NCBI GenBank assembly: GCA_016714015.1
Contig: JADJNZ010000009.1
Span: 56,321-120,320, forward strand
Reading direction: 5' to 3'
Source of the DNA: Gemmatimonadota bacterium
GTDB lineage: Bacteria > Gemmatimonadota > Gemmatimonadetes > Gemmatimonadales > Gemmatimonadaceae
DNA length: 64,000 bases
Below, one piece after another: positions 50,017 through 59,192 of this stretch; the stretch's first letter is position 1; every line of letters starts with the position of its first letter. Below the pieces are notes generated by a model. The model saw nothing but the letters and a program-made list of their open reading frames with translations, did not search any database and was not told the DNA's origin. A program made the translations under genes and the position numbers.

Positions 50017-50487
50017 GTGCGCATCCGGCTTCTGATCGTGCTCGCCGCCCTGAGCGCCTGCGCGTCACAGCGCAGGGACTCGAGTTCGCCCACGCCACTG
50101 GCGAGTTCACGCTGCATCGAAGTCACGGTCGTTCCAGACGCCCCAGTCCCGACGCGCCTGGAGCGGGATCCGGCGCGCTACGAGCTGACCAACACGCCAT
50201 CACCAAGTGCGTGGGCCGGTCAGGGCGCGCTACGCGCTGTGGGTGTCCCCGACGAAGGTCCCGTTGAGGGCTGGATTGAGAAGTTCTGGCGACTCGACGG
50301 AGACACATTGGAGATCGTCAGTCGGACCCATCTCTTCGGGACTGTCTACCGACTGGCGCAGTCGCCCGACACGATGAGGGGTCGCGCGAGGTTCTTTGGC
50401 GACGTGGAAGGAGCGGCTCGCGAGAGTCAGGCATGGGCGGTCCGCATTCCGTGTTCGGCGGTCGCGCGACCTAACGGCGGTTGGTGA
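50017..50487 (+). CDS. Cassette 19: lipoprotein
   Basis: LIVLAALSAC lipobox; reads through R'' and stops in L''. Confidence 0.75.
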   Translation: MRIRLLIVLAALSACASQRRDSSSPTPLASSRCIEVTVVPDAPVPTRLERDPARYELTNTPSPSAWAGQGALRAVGVPDEGPVEGWIEKFWRLDGDTLEIVSRTHLFGTVYRLAQSPDTMRGRARFFGDVEGAARESQAWAVRIPCSAVARPNGGW

Positions 50488-50601
50488 CCGATGGCCGGCT
50501 AGGGTAGCGGGGCGGCGGCCCCGCCTTATCGTACTACTCGGGTCGGCGTGGCCGCCGCCCCGCATCTATTGGAACGGCCACGGCACAACCTGACGTTAGC
50601 C
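50469..50601 (+). repeat. attC19
   Basis: acctaac...gttagcc. Confidence 0.95.
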
Positions 50602-50609
50602 CGATTCAC

Positions 50610-51133
50610 ATGGCATCGCGCAAAGTAGGGCTGCTGGTTGCGTCGCTGAGTGTGCTTTGCGCCTGCGTTGCCTCCGACGACGCGGGGGCACCAGAAGCCG
50701 CCACGCAAGTCGCTGAGGCCGTCGTTGCGGCCGAGAGCGACTCCGGTACTCGGCTAGGAACGCGACTCGCCGGAATGAACTCTTGTGTCGCAGTCGGTCA
50801 GTCAGTCAGCTACTCGCATCTCACCGATGACTCGCTGAGTGGCGACGTCGAGGGTTTCCGCGTGAATTCACGAGGGTGGATAGCACGAGGTGGGTGGGCG
50901 ACGGAAGCGTCTCCGCCGGCGATCGCGGCCTTCCGGTTCCCGTCGTCGCGCAGGCGGCGTCGGAGGCGGACTCGGCCCTGCGCTTCGCCCTCGTTGAGTA
51001 TGCGGACACCGTCTGGTTCAGAGTGCGCGTGAGCTGCGATGAGTTCACTGGCACAATGTGGCGTCGAGCGGATACGCTGACAGTGCGCGCCGCAGGGACG
51101 GTGTACTGGAAGCCCGGCGCCCGAACGGGCTAA
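50610..51133 (+). pseudogene. Cassette 20: lipoprotein gene with a 1-nt frameshift near 50865
   Basis: LSVLCAC lipobox frame joins a frame that ends at the TAA in R'' if one G is restored (RV-E-FTRVDSTRW). Confidence 0.7.
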
Positions 51134-51261
51134 CGGCAGTTGGTGCAGGCGGCCGCGCTGGGGTAGCGGTTGGGCGGCCGTGCTTTATCGTACCTGAAGG
51201 TACCGCACGGCCGCCCAACCGCATTCTATGGAAGCGGCCGCTGCACAACTTGACGTTAGCC
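51128..51261 (+). repeat. attC20
   Basis: ggctaac...gttagcc. Confidence 0.95.
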
Positions 51262-51274
51262 GGAGCAACAAGCA

Positions 51275-51769
51275 ATGCTGCTACGCCTGTTGTTACTGCT
51301 TGCGTTCCTCGCGCCGCCAGGGATCGCACAGGAACGCCTGGAGCCTGACGTGCTTGCGGCAATCGCTAGGCTCGGTGAACGGCGTACTCTGAACCTCGTC
51401 TCGGGGTGGCGGGACTCAATTCCGGTGCGGACTCTCGTCCTGTCTGCGCGAGGCTTCTCGTCAGCGGATTCCGGGCTTGTGCTCGCGCCGCGCTGCGCGG
51501 CATTCGGCGCGAACGAGCCGGACTCGCTGCCCGCGCATTGGTTTAGCGTCGAGATCAGATTGCGCAGCGTTTCCGTCGACACCGTTGTGATTGAGTGGAG
51601 CGAGGTAGTAGACTCTCGCTGCCCGAAAGTCGGTGAGTGGGGCACCATGCTCATCGAAACGTTGCCGTTCACGCGAGCACCAGACGGCAAGTGGTCGAGT
51701 AGTACGTCTGGAGAGTTCGGTCAGACGCGTTGGCTTGCCTCTTGCCCCGATCGGTCCCCGCCCGGCTAA
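51275..51769 (+). CDS. Cassette 21: near-identical duplicate of cassette 15
   Basis: 164 aa; differs from cassette 15 at LR vs RC. Confidence 0.8.
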   Translation: MLLRLLLLLAFLAPPGIAQERLEPDVLAAIARLGERRTLNLVSGWRDSIPVRTLVLSARGFSSADSGLVLAPRCAAFGANEPDSLPAHWFSVEIRLRSVSVDTVVIEWSEVVDSRCPKVGEWGTMLIETLPFTRAPDGKWSSSTSGEFGQTRWLASCPDRSPPG

Positions 51770-51896
51770 CGACGGTTGGTGACCGATGGCCGGTTAGGGT
51801 AGCAGGTTGGCGGCCGCGCTTTATCGTTCCTTTCGGACCGGCGCGGCCGCCAACCTGCATCTATTTGAACGGCCACGGCACAACCTGACGTTAGGC
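51764..51896 (+). repeat. attC21
   Basis: ggctaac...gttaggc. Confidence 0.95.
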
Positions 51897-51917
51897 AGAA
51901 GGAATCGGATTCGTGAA

Positions 51918-52397
51918 GTGCTAAGAGTCGCGGTAGTCGCGGTTTGTGCGATCTCCTGTGGGGGGCGCGTACCGGTCCAGAGTACGCTCCCGCCTTCGAC
52001 GTTTTCCGCAACGGAGCAGGCCGTGTATGTGGCCGTCTTGGACTCGGTGCTTCCCGCTGAACGAGCGATGATTCTGCGCCCAATCCGCTCCGTCGGCTAC
52101 CGTGGCGACACCGCGACCGCGGGCTTCTTCGCCATGCGCGAGTCGACAATCTCGAAAACGAGTCGTTTCCGGTGGGGGCCAGTCTTCGGCTTGCCCGGGG
52201 ACCCCGATCTCCGCGGAGAGCATCTTGGCAGGTTCCGCGAGGTGGAGTTCATAGGTGACAGCACGCGGGCCGCAGTCGCGTTTCAGATAGTCTCGTGCAC
52301 GGGACGCTGCAGGCCGGAGTCACTTGCGTGGCTTTCGCGCGACGAGCGGCAGGCGTGGCGGCTTGACTCGCTCACCTATCTGCAGCGCCACCGCTGA
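51918..52397 (+). CDS. Cassette 22: lipoprotein
   Basis: VAVVAVCAISC lipobox-like; start approximate. Confidence 0.7.
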   Translation: MLRVAVVAVCAISCGGRVPVQSTLPPSTFSATEQAVYVAVLDSVLPAERAMILRPIRSVGYRGDTATAGFFAMRESTISKTSRFRWGPVFGLPGDPDLRGEHLGRFREVEFIGDSTRAAVAFQIVSCTGRCRPESLAWLSRDERQAWRLDSLTYLQRHR

Positions 52398-52412
52398 GCT
52401 CCGAGCGCCTCT

Positions 52413-52546
52413 GCCTAACGGCAGTTGGTGCAGACGGCCGCGCTGGGGTAGCGGTTGGGCGGCCGTGCTTTATCGTACCTGAAGGTACCGCACGGCCGCC
52501 CAACCGCATTTTATGAAAGCGGCCGCTGCACAACTTGACGTTATGC
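52413..52546 (+). repeat. attC22
   Basis: gcctaac...gttatgc. Confidence 0.95.
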
Positions 52547-52845
52547 GGCGCCTCACCCGTCGCGATCGAGGTCGAAGCTCGGCCGAGATCGCTTGGGGTG
52601 AACAGCAACCACGAGGGACGACCGCACCGCACCCGTGGAGGTTGACCCGGTCCGCCCCTCGTCGCTCGTGCTGTCGGGACCTCTGCACGTTGGCCCCAGG
52701 TAGGGCGGATGGTTCGCCGCGCGATTCGTTCGCTCCCTGGCACCGGGCGGCGGCCTCGCATAACGCCGCTTGGTGCCGATGGCCGGCTATTGATGGCGGC
52801 CGCTCCGCGGCCGCATTATTCAATCGGCCACAGCACAAGCCAACG
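52541..52845 (+). other. Cassette 23, ORF-less (family B1), 305 bp
   Basis: No ORF confined to the cassette; paralog of cassette 25. Confidence 0.75.
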
Positions 52846-52851
52846 TTATGC
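52758..52851 (+). repeat. attC23 (short class)
   Basis: gcataac...gttatgc. Confidence 0.95.
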
Positions 52852-52883
52852 CGATGTCTCACGCATCCTGACGAGGAGGGCTA

Positions 52884-53132
52884 GTGATCTCTGCGCGCGA
52901 GCATGCTCATGAGATGGCACGCCGCTGGCCCACGTGGTTCGGCGCGCAAGTCTTCGTTGCGATCTATGGTGTGAATGCGTTGCTCGATCAGCTGTTCGAG
53001 CTCCTCGGTGTCGCCGGATGGGAGATGTCGCCCTTTGTCATGCTCGTCGGCGCGATCGCTGGTGCGTTCGCGGCTACTGGAGTCACGCGCGCGAGCCGTC
53101 CAACCGGAGGCACTGGATCGCGCACGGCATAA
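52884..53132 (+). CDS. Cassette 24: small two-TM membrane protein
   Basis: GAGGAGG RBS; stop inside R''. Confidence 0.8.
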   Translation: MISAREHAHEMARRWPTWFGAQVFVAIYGVNALLDQLFELLGVAGWEMSPFVMLVGAIAGAFAATGVTRASRPTGGTGSRTA

Positions 53133-53261
53133 CGGCAGTTGGTGACCGACGGCCGCGTTACTGAAGCAGGTGGGCGGCCGTGCTCTTTTGTACCTTTCGG
53201 TATCGCACGGCCGCCCACCTGCATTCTATTGAAGCGGCCGCGGCACAACTTGACGTTATGC
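53127..53261 (+). repeat. attC24
   Basis: gcataac...gttatgc. Confidence 0.95.
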
Positions 53262-53560
53262 GGCGCCCCACCCGTCGCGATCGAGTTCGAAGCTCGGCCG
53301 AGATCGTTTGGGGTGAACGGCAACAACGATGGACGGCAGCACCTCACCCGTGGGACTTGACCCGGTCCGCCCCTCGTCGCTCGTGCCGTCGGGACCTCTG
53401 CACGTTGGCCCCAGGTAGGGCGGATGGTTCGCCGCGCGATTCGTCCGCCCCCTGGCACCGGGCGGCGGCCGCGCATAACGACGCTTGGTGCCGATGGCCG
53501 ACTATTGATGGCGGCCGCTCCGCGGCCGCATTATTCAATCGGCCACAGCACAAGCCAACG
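53256..53560 (+). other. Cassette 25, ORF-less (family B2), 305 bp
   Basis: Same length as and colinear with cassette 23. Confidence 0.75.
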
Positions 53561-53566
53561 TTATGC
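53473..53566 (+). repeat. attC25 (short class)
   Basis: gcataac...gttatgc. Confidence 0.95.
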
Positions 53567-53588
53567 CGACCTCTGCAAGGAAAGTCTC

Positions 53589-53858
53589 ATGGAGCTCGTG
53601 ATCCTCCCACAGGGCCTGTTCCTCTTCTACGGTGCCCTCGTCCTCAGCTGCGGCGTCGGACTCGGCGCTGTGCTCGGTCGAAATCTGCTCCGCCGTCGGC
53701 ACGCTCCGATTCCTGAGCCGCCAGACCTCCTCCAGCAGCGCGTCGCGCTCCTCGAGCAAGAACTCGACGCGACGGTCGCACAGTTGGCGCGGCTCACCGA
53801 GGAACGCGAGTTCATGCGCGAGTTGGAACGGCCGCGCCCGAAAGGCGTCGCGGCATAA
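53589..53858 (+). CDS. Cassette 26: single-TM plus coiled-coil protein
   Basis: AAGGA RBS; TM then LQQRVALLEQELDATVAQLARL. Confidence 0.8.
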   Translation: MELVILPQGLFLFYGALVLSCGVGLGAVLGRNLLRRRHAPIPEPPDLLQQRVALLEQELDATVAQLARLTEEREFMRELERPRPKGVAA

Positions 53859-53986
53859 CGACGCTTGCTGCTGATGGTCGCGATGCGGATGGGTTTGGCG
53901 GGGCCTCCGTGATGACCTGGGTTGGTTGCGGAGGCCCCGCCAAACCCTTTTTATATGAGCGTCCACAGCAGAAGCAAACGTTAGGC
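53853..53986 (+). repeat. attC26 (divergent sequence)
   Basis: gcataac...gttaggc; own 19-bp inner stem. Confidence 0.9.
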
Positions 53987-54007
53987 GCACGGAACTGAGG
54001 TCTGCCT

Positions 54008-54463
54008 GTGTCGATATCGATACACGTCGCGTTGCAGGCCGAGCTGCGTCGAATCGGCGACACGTCGTCCCTGACAGCGATGGGCTCAAGCGGGCGCCTG
54101 GGCAAAGCTCCGACCGCAGCGCAGATTCTCGTTCGTCTTCAGGAACTGCCGGCCGGAGCGGACGCTGCGGCACTCGTTGCGGCTGTCTATCAACCGAGTG
54201 ATACCGAGGTCTCGGATGTTCGCGCCGCCTTGCGGCGTACGTTCGAGCGCTGCGAGTTGAGTGTCGAAGAGCGCGTGCTGGTCGAGATCGACCGCATCGC
54301 CCCGCGCCTGCCCGAAGGAGTCGGAGTGAGCTTCCCAAGCGGCCCCCGCTTGGCAGCGATTTTGGAGATGTTACGAACATTACCGAGTGGTGCAGGCGCG
54401 GAGGTTCTCGGCGCCGCCCTCGCCGCTGATCTCGATCCGCCGGCGCCTAACGATGGTTGGTGA
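54008..54463 (+). CDS. Cassette 27: hypothetical protein with an internal repeat
   Basis: ILVRLQELPAGADAAAL vs ILEMLRTLPSGAGAEVL; stops in L''. Confidence 0.7.
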   Translation: MSISIHVALQAELRRIGDTSSLTAMGSSGRLGKAPTAAQILVRLQELPAGADAAALVAAVYQPSDTEVSDVRAALRRTFERCELSVEERVLVEIDRIAPRLPEGVGVSFPSGPRLAAILEMLRTLPSGAGAEVLGAALAADLDPPAPNDGW

Positions 54464-54577
54464 CCGATGGCCGGCTAGGGTAGCGGGTTGGCGGCCACGC
54501 CTTATTGTGAAGGACGGGTCGGCGTGGCCGCCAACCCGCATCTATTTGATCGGCCACGGCACAACCTGACGTTAGAC
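54445..54577 (+). repeat. attC27
   Basis: gcctaac...gttagac. Confidence 0.95.
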
Positions 54578-54602
54578 CGACGACTGAGGATTTGCGGCCC
54601 CT

Positions 54603-54995
54603 ATGTTTCAACAGCGACGCTTTCTCCTCCTGTTGACCTTCGTGGGATGTGTGAGCATCCCCAAGCGTGATGTGGCTCCCCCGGAGGAGGCCTTCGCCGA
54701 AGCCGCGCGGCTTCACCTCACGCACCTGCCAGCGTATCGATCGCTCGACGCGACGTTGCAGCCCGCTGCCGCCGCGACGATGCGAGATCTGCGTCGTCGG
54801 AACCAGCGCCCGGTGGAGTGGTTCGTGGACCTGGGACTCAGCGAGGACAGCCTACAGGTGGACGTGAACTTGTGGCACATGTCCGGACTTCGCGCGGACA
54901 CTCGCTTCATCCTAGGAAATCCGAGTGGCAGAGACCATAGCCTGCGGTACGATCGGCGCAGCGGCAAGGTCGCGATGATCGGGCTCTGGCAGTAA
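54603..54995 (+). CDS. Cassette 28: lipoprotein
   Basis: FLLLLTFVGC lipobox. Confidence 0.8.
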   Translation: MFQQRRFLLLLTFVGCVSIPKRDVAPPEEAFAEAARLHLTHLPAYRSLDATLQPAAAATMRDLRRRNQRPVEWFVDLGLSEDSLQVDVNLWHMSGLRADTRFILGNPSGRDHSLRYDRRSGKVAMIGLWQ

Positions 54996-55006
54996 GCGGC
55001 CGCGCG

Positions 55007-55140
55007 GTCTAACGGCAGTTGGTGACCGACGGCCGTCTAGGGGAGCAGGTGGGCGGCCGCGCCTTGTCGTACCTTTCGGTACGGCGCGGCCGCCCACCTG
55101 CATTTTAATAAAGCGGCCGCGGCACAACTTGACGTTAGGC
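55007..55140 (+). repeat. attC28
   Basis: gtctaac...gttaggc. Confidence 0.95.
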
Positions 55141-55146
55141 GGACAC

Positions 55147-55674
55147 GTGCGCGTTCGTGGATTCTTGACTCTCGCGCTCTTGAGCGCCTGCACCGGAGCC
55201 TCAGGCGGGGAGCGAAACGCTCCGCCGCCGCGACTCGCCCGCGCAAGCCTTCGCGCGGAAGTCCTTGGCTGCTTCGAGCTGCGGGAAGTCAACGGCAGTC
55301 CGCTCGACTCGGCGCGAGCGTTCACCGCCGCTGCCGTACTCCGCCTGCGGCCCGACACGGTACCCGACAATCCGAGCGCGCTGATGGGGTACCATCCGCG
55401 GCGGTCAGTTTCGCTGCTGTCGCCTCGATTCAATCCTGAGTGGGATGAGAAGGCGACGGCCTGGGGATGGACCGTATGGATGGCGGACTCCCTGACAGAC
55501 TCCGTCCGCATCGACTTCAGCACTGGCTTCAGTGGTACGATGGTCGTGCTTGACCACCCGCCGGGGATGCAGACCGAACTTGATGGACGGATCGAGGAGC
55601 GTTGGGATGCAGGTCCCAGCCCTACGAGTCAGCGCCGTGTTCGCGCGGTCCGCCGAGATTGCCCGGTCCCGTGA
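55147..55674 (+). CDS. Cassette 29: lipoprotein
   Basis: FLTLALLSAC lipobox. Confidence 0.8.
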   Translation: MRVRGFLTLALLSACTGASGGERNAPPPRLARASLRAEVLGCFELREVNGSPLDSARAFTAAAVLRLRPDTVPDNPSALMGYHPRRSVSLLSPRFNPEWDEKATAWGWTVWMADSLTDSVRIDFSTGFSGTMVVLDHPPGMQTELDGRIEERWDAGPSPTSQRRVRAVRRDCPVP

Positions 55675-55682
55675 AGGGTGCC

Positions 55683-55815
55683 GCCTAACGACAGTTGGTG
55701 CTGATGGCCGGCTAGGGTAGCGGGTTGGCGGCCCCGGCCTCATCGTACCTCAGGGTCGGCCGTGGCCGCCAACCCGCATTTATTGAATCGGCCACAGCAC
55801 AACTCGACGTTAGCC
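55683..55815 (+). repeat. attC29
   Basis: gcctaac...gttagcc. Confidence 0.95.
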
Positions 55816-55846
55816 TGACGAGACAGAGGTCGGTCTCACTCCTAGA

Positions 55847-56179
55847 ATGTCGATCTCACCCGAATCCGCCGTTGCATACGGAACGAGGACCGTGAACTAT
55901 CCGGTCGTCGGAACCATGATCGCCCTTGGCGTTGGAGGCGTGGTATGGGCGGCACTCTCGTGGTCTCGACTGCCGCTCGCTATCTCCGTCTTCGCGCCGC
56001 TGCTAGCCTGGCCGGTTTGGTCCTGGCGCATCGCACGTTGGCGCGACTGGGTAGTCGACCACGGTCTTGAGCCGGATGACGTTCACGAGTTGGCCGTCCG
56101 AGCCGGGCTGCTCTGGCCGCGTGGGTCGGCGCTTGAGCGCACGGAGATGCGTCGCCGAAGTGGCCAGCGCGGGTGGTGA
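55847..56179 (+). CDS. Cassette 30: two-TM membrane protein
   Basis: GTRTVNYPV..TM..WSWRIARWRDW..GLLWPRGS. Confidence 0.8.
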   Translation: MSISPESAVAYGTRTVNYPVVGTMIALGVGGVVWAALSWSRLPLAISVFAPLLAWPVWSWRIARWRDWVVDHGLEPDDVHELAVRAGLLWPRGSALERTEMRRRSGQRGW

Positions 56180-56191
56180 CGCGGCGCCGCA

Positions 56192-56327
56192 GGCTAACGG
56201 CGGTTGGTGACCGATGGCCGTGGGTAGGGTAGCGGGTTGGCGGCCGCGCTTTTTCGTTCCTGAAGGACCGGCGCGGCCGCCAACCCGCATTTTGTTTGAA
56301 CGGCCACGGCACAACCTGACGTTATGC
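56192..56327 (+). repeat. attC30
   Basis: ggctaac...gttatgc. Confidence 0.95.
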
Positions 56328-56824
56328 CGACCTCCCAGGCCGTAGGTGCCGACAAGATGGATCCTTCATTCATTCCAACCGATAGCCTCTACAAGTTCGT
56401 CTCGATGAGCGGCGTAGTGCTCGTGTGCGTCTCGCTATGGGCGGTGCTGAAGCTCCGTGCAATCGTCTGGGCTCGACTATTCGACGCGGAGCGGAAGCTC
56501 GGCGTCGTCGACGTAGAGCTCTCGTTCTTGAGGCCGAAGAAGGGCTCAGCGGCAGCCGAAGTCTCTGTCGCCCCGGCCCCTTCGGTGCCACGCGAGGAGG
56601 TTAAGCGCGTCCTTCTGCTGCACGAGGAGAACCGTGTCCTGCATCGCGAGATTCGGCACCAGGTTCGCGAGTTGATCGTCCTTTCGGTAATCGCGTTGTT
56701 CACGACGGGCACCGGATTCGGAATGGCGTACTGGGGCTTCACCAATTGGTACTCCAAGATCCAGGTTCACAGCGACAAGCTGCTCGCGGCCGATTCGCTC
56801 CCCGGCGTCGAACAGAAGCCATAG
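56324..56824 (+). CDS. Cassette 31: two-TM protein with a coiled-coil loop
   Basis: IPTDSLYKF..TM..coiled coil..TM..WYSKIQ. Confidence 0.8.
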   Translation: MPTSQAVGADKMDPSFIPTDSLYKFVSMSGVVLVCVSLWAVLKLRAIVWARLFDAERKLGVVDVELSFLRPKKGSAAAEVSVAPAPSVPREEVKRVLLLHEENRVLHREIRHQVRELIVLSVIALFTTGTGFGMAYWGFTNWYSKIQVHSDKLLAADSLPGVEQKP

Positions 56825-56834
56825 TGTCCGGGCG

Positions 56835-56968
56835 GCATAACGGCAGTTGGTGACCGACGGCCGTCTAGGGGAGCAGGTGGTCGGCCGCGCCTTGTCGTAC
56901 CTTTCGGTACGGCGCGGCCGCCCACCTGCATCTTATGGAAGCGGCCGCGGCACAACTTGACGTTAGGC
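56835..56968 (+). repeat. attC31
   Basis: gcataac...gttaggc. Confidence 0.95.
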
Positions 56969-56993
56969 GGACGAGCCAGCATTGAGGGAGGGC

Positions 56994-57371
56994 ATGGCGA
57001 ACGACTCTGTATTGATTGATCATGCCAAGATCACCGACGGCTTCGGTCAGCTCGTGGGCTTCGTCGCGTATCTGGCCTTTGAGTCGTTCTGTGGAATCTG
57101 CGACGATCCCATCGAAGTGTCAGCGGCAGAGCAGAAGTTCCTACTAGAAGTCAAGCAGGTGCCCGTAAAGATGCTGCTGCGCGGAGCGACGTTCTGCGCT
57201 CGCTGCCGAACGCGTCGCGCGAAGATCAACCAGTTGGCACAAGGCGAGCGCTGGCGCACGATCGAGGGGGCAGGCGAGGAGTTGGAGCGTCTCCGTGCGG
57301 AGGAGAGTGCCCTGATGCTGGAGTCGCGGAATCGATCACCCGGAACGAAGTGGCCGTATCGCGCCGCCTAA
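56994..57371 (+). CDS. Cassette 32: zinc-ribbon domain protein
   Basis: FCGICDDPIEVSAAEQKF..FCARCR; GGGAGG RBS. Confidence 0.8.
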   Translation: MANDSVLIDHAKITDGFGQLVGFVAYLAFESFCGICDDPIEVSAAEQKFLLEVKQVPVKMLLRGATFCARCRTRRAKINQLAQGERWRTIEGAGEELERLRAEESALMLESRNRSPGTKWPYRAA

Positions 57372-57499
57372 CGACGGTTGGTGACCGATGGCCGGCTAGG
57401 GTAGCGGGTGGGCGGCCCCGCCCTCATCGTACTCCAGGGTCGGGCGTGGCCGCTCACCCGCAATTGTTTGAACGGCCACGGCACAACCAAACGTTAGGG
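57366..57499 (+). repeat. attC32
   Basis: gcctaac...gttaggg. Confidence 0.95.
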
Positions 57500-57535
57500 C
57501 GACCTGAATCAGATGCTTCCCTCTCCGGAGTCGTG

Positions 57536-57796
57536 ATGAACAAGTTCTTGCGCGCCGTGAAGGCAGGTATCGGCGCGGCGGCCGGATCGAGCGGACCTCG
57601 CCGCTACCAGGTCGCTGGGCGCGCGTTGAAGTGCCCGATGTGCGGCCACGATCACTTCGCGCGCGGCGAAGCGCAGTTGCACTCCATGGGAATGACGTTC
57701 GTCGGACTCGAGTGGGCGCAGAAGGAGGCGACCACTCTGGCGTGCGCGCAGTGTAGCCGCGTCGAGTGGTTCCTTGATGCGCCCGACGAGGCATAG
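57536..57796 (+). CDS. Cassette 33: small zinc-ribbon protein
   Basis: LKCPMCGHDHF..LACAQCSRVEWF; GGAG RBS. Confidence 0.85.
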   Translation: MNKFLRAVKAGIGAAAGSSGPRRYQVAGRALKCPMCGHDHFARGEAQLHSMGMTFVGLEWAQKEATTLACAQCSRVEWFLDAPDEA

Positions 57797-57806
57797 CGCG
57801 CCGGCG

Positions 57807-57940
57807 CCCTAACGGCGGTTGGTGACCGATGGCCGGCTAGGGTAGCGGGTGGGCGGCCCCGCCCTCATCGTACCTCAGGGTCGGGCGTGGCCGCCCACCC
57901 GCAATTACTGGATCGGCCACGGCACAACCTGACGTTAGGC
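57807..57940 (+). repeat. attC33
   Basis: ccctaac...gttaggc. Confidence 0.95.
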
Positions 57941-57942
57941 CG

Positions 57943-58551
57943 ATGCACTCTACTTGGGAGTCTATGAGAGTCCCTCGCCTCGCACTGTTGTGTGCGGCGC
58001 TGGCCCCGTTTTCGACGCCAACCGCAGGGGCGCAGGCGCCTCAGGCGCAGCTCCCGGGCACATATGAGTTCTGGATCTGTCGCGGAAGCTGTCGGTCCTC
58101 GACGGATAGCGCGGTCTTCGCGCGCGGCGTGCTGGTGCTCTTCGAAGCGACCATTCCGGCGGAGTCGCTCTCTGTCTTGCCCCGAAACATCGAATGGGCG
58201 TTGCGGTCCAATGCGTGCTTCGTGTTTCTCGAGCAGCGACGCACGCACGCGCAGTCCTTTGCAGGCATCACGGTCAGTGGGCTCACGAACTGGGAGGTGG
58301 ATTCTGCCTCCCTCCTCAGTCTGCTCCTGTATCGCTCTCCAGATGCTTGGTACAGCGTCCGGTTGGCGCCGCGACAGACGGGATGGCACGGAGGAGGCCA
58401 CTCCCGCGGATTCGGTGAGACTCCAGAGGACGTGGACGATTCCGTGGGTGTACGTCGGGCTTCGGCTCCCGAGTTGTCCCACTGTCGTAGAGCGCCCGGA
58501 CCGCGCCGTGCCTTTGGTCCGCTGCCACCACGGCCTAACGGCAGTTGGTGA
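57943..58551 (+). CDS. Cassette 34: secreted hypothetical protein
   Basis: Signal peptide ending AGAQ; stops in L''. Confidence 0.7.
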   Translation: MHSTWESMRVPRLALLCAALAPFSTPTAGAQAPQAQLPGTYEFWICRGSCRSSTDSAVFARGVLVLFEATIPAESLSVLPRNIEWALRSNACFVFLEQRRTHAQSFAGITVSGLTNWEVDSASLLSLLLYRSPDAWYSVRLAPRQTGWHGGGHSRGFGETPEDVDDSVGVRRASAPELSHCRRAPGPRRAFGPLPPRPNGSW

Positions 58552-58666
58552 CCGACGGCCGTCTAGGGTAGCAGGTGGGCGGCCGCGCCCTGTCGTACCT
58601 TTCGGTACGGCGCGGCCGCCCACCTGCATCTTATGGAAGCGGCCGCGGCACAACTAGACGTTAGCC
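58533..58666 (+). repeat. attC34
   Basis: gcctaac...gttagcc. Confidence 0.95.
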
Positions 58667-58684
58667 AGACGAGAGGAGACTCGA

Positions 58685-59002
58685 TTGCGCGTTGAGCTTT
58701 CGGAACTCACAGAGCCTTCGTTTAGGCTATGCGATGCGTTCCTCGAGGGTTTCAGCTGGCTCAATGACGGGCACGACGTGAGGCTCGATCTAACGAACGG
58801 GTTCCAGCAGGCGGTTCAGATCACATGCAGGTGGGTGACGAACCTTCAGATTGAGCTGAAGCCCAACCCTAAGCCCTTCTCGTGGGAGTGTTCAGCGGAG
58901 AAAGTTGGGGTCCGATGGCACTTGCTCCTCGATTTCGCGAGCACAGGCTCAATACAGCTGGAGTGTGAATCCGCGATCTTGGAGTCGGCGACTGGCGACT
59001 GA
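58685..59002 (+). CDS. Cassette 35: small beta-rich protein, weakly immunity-protein-like
   Basis: GAGGAG RBS, TTG start; DAFLEGF..VRLDL..GSIQLECE. Confidence 0.7.
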   Translation: MRVELSELTEPSFRLCDAFLEGFSWLNDGHDVRLDLTNGFQQAVQITCRWVTNLQIELKPNPKPFSWECSAEKVGVRWHLLLDFASTGSIQLECESAILESATGD

Positions 59003-59021
59003 TCGAGTCGGGCTCGCCGCG

Positions 59022-59156
59022 GGCTAACGGCAGTTGGTGACCGACGGCCGCGTTAGGGAAGCAGGTGGGCGGCCGTGCTCATTTGTACCTTCCGGTATCG
59101 CACGGCCGCCCACCTGCATTTTATGGAAGCGGCCGCGGCACAACTTGACGTTAGGG
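59022..59156 (+). repeat. attC35
   Basis: ggctaac...gttaggg. Confidence 0.95.
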
Positions 59157-59192
59157 CGACGACACTAGCGCCGTCTCACTCGGAGCAGAATC

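Noticed and set aside
52590-52605. TTGGGGTGAAC in family B as a solitary type I-E CRISPR repeat (RNA anti-CRISPR)
   Set aside because: Resembles only the 3' end GGGGATGAAC; the complementary CCCC arm and repeat hairpin are missing
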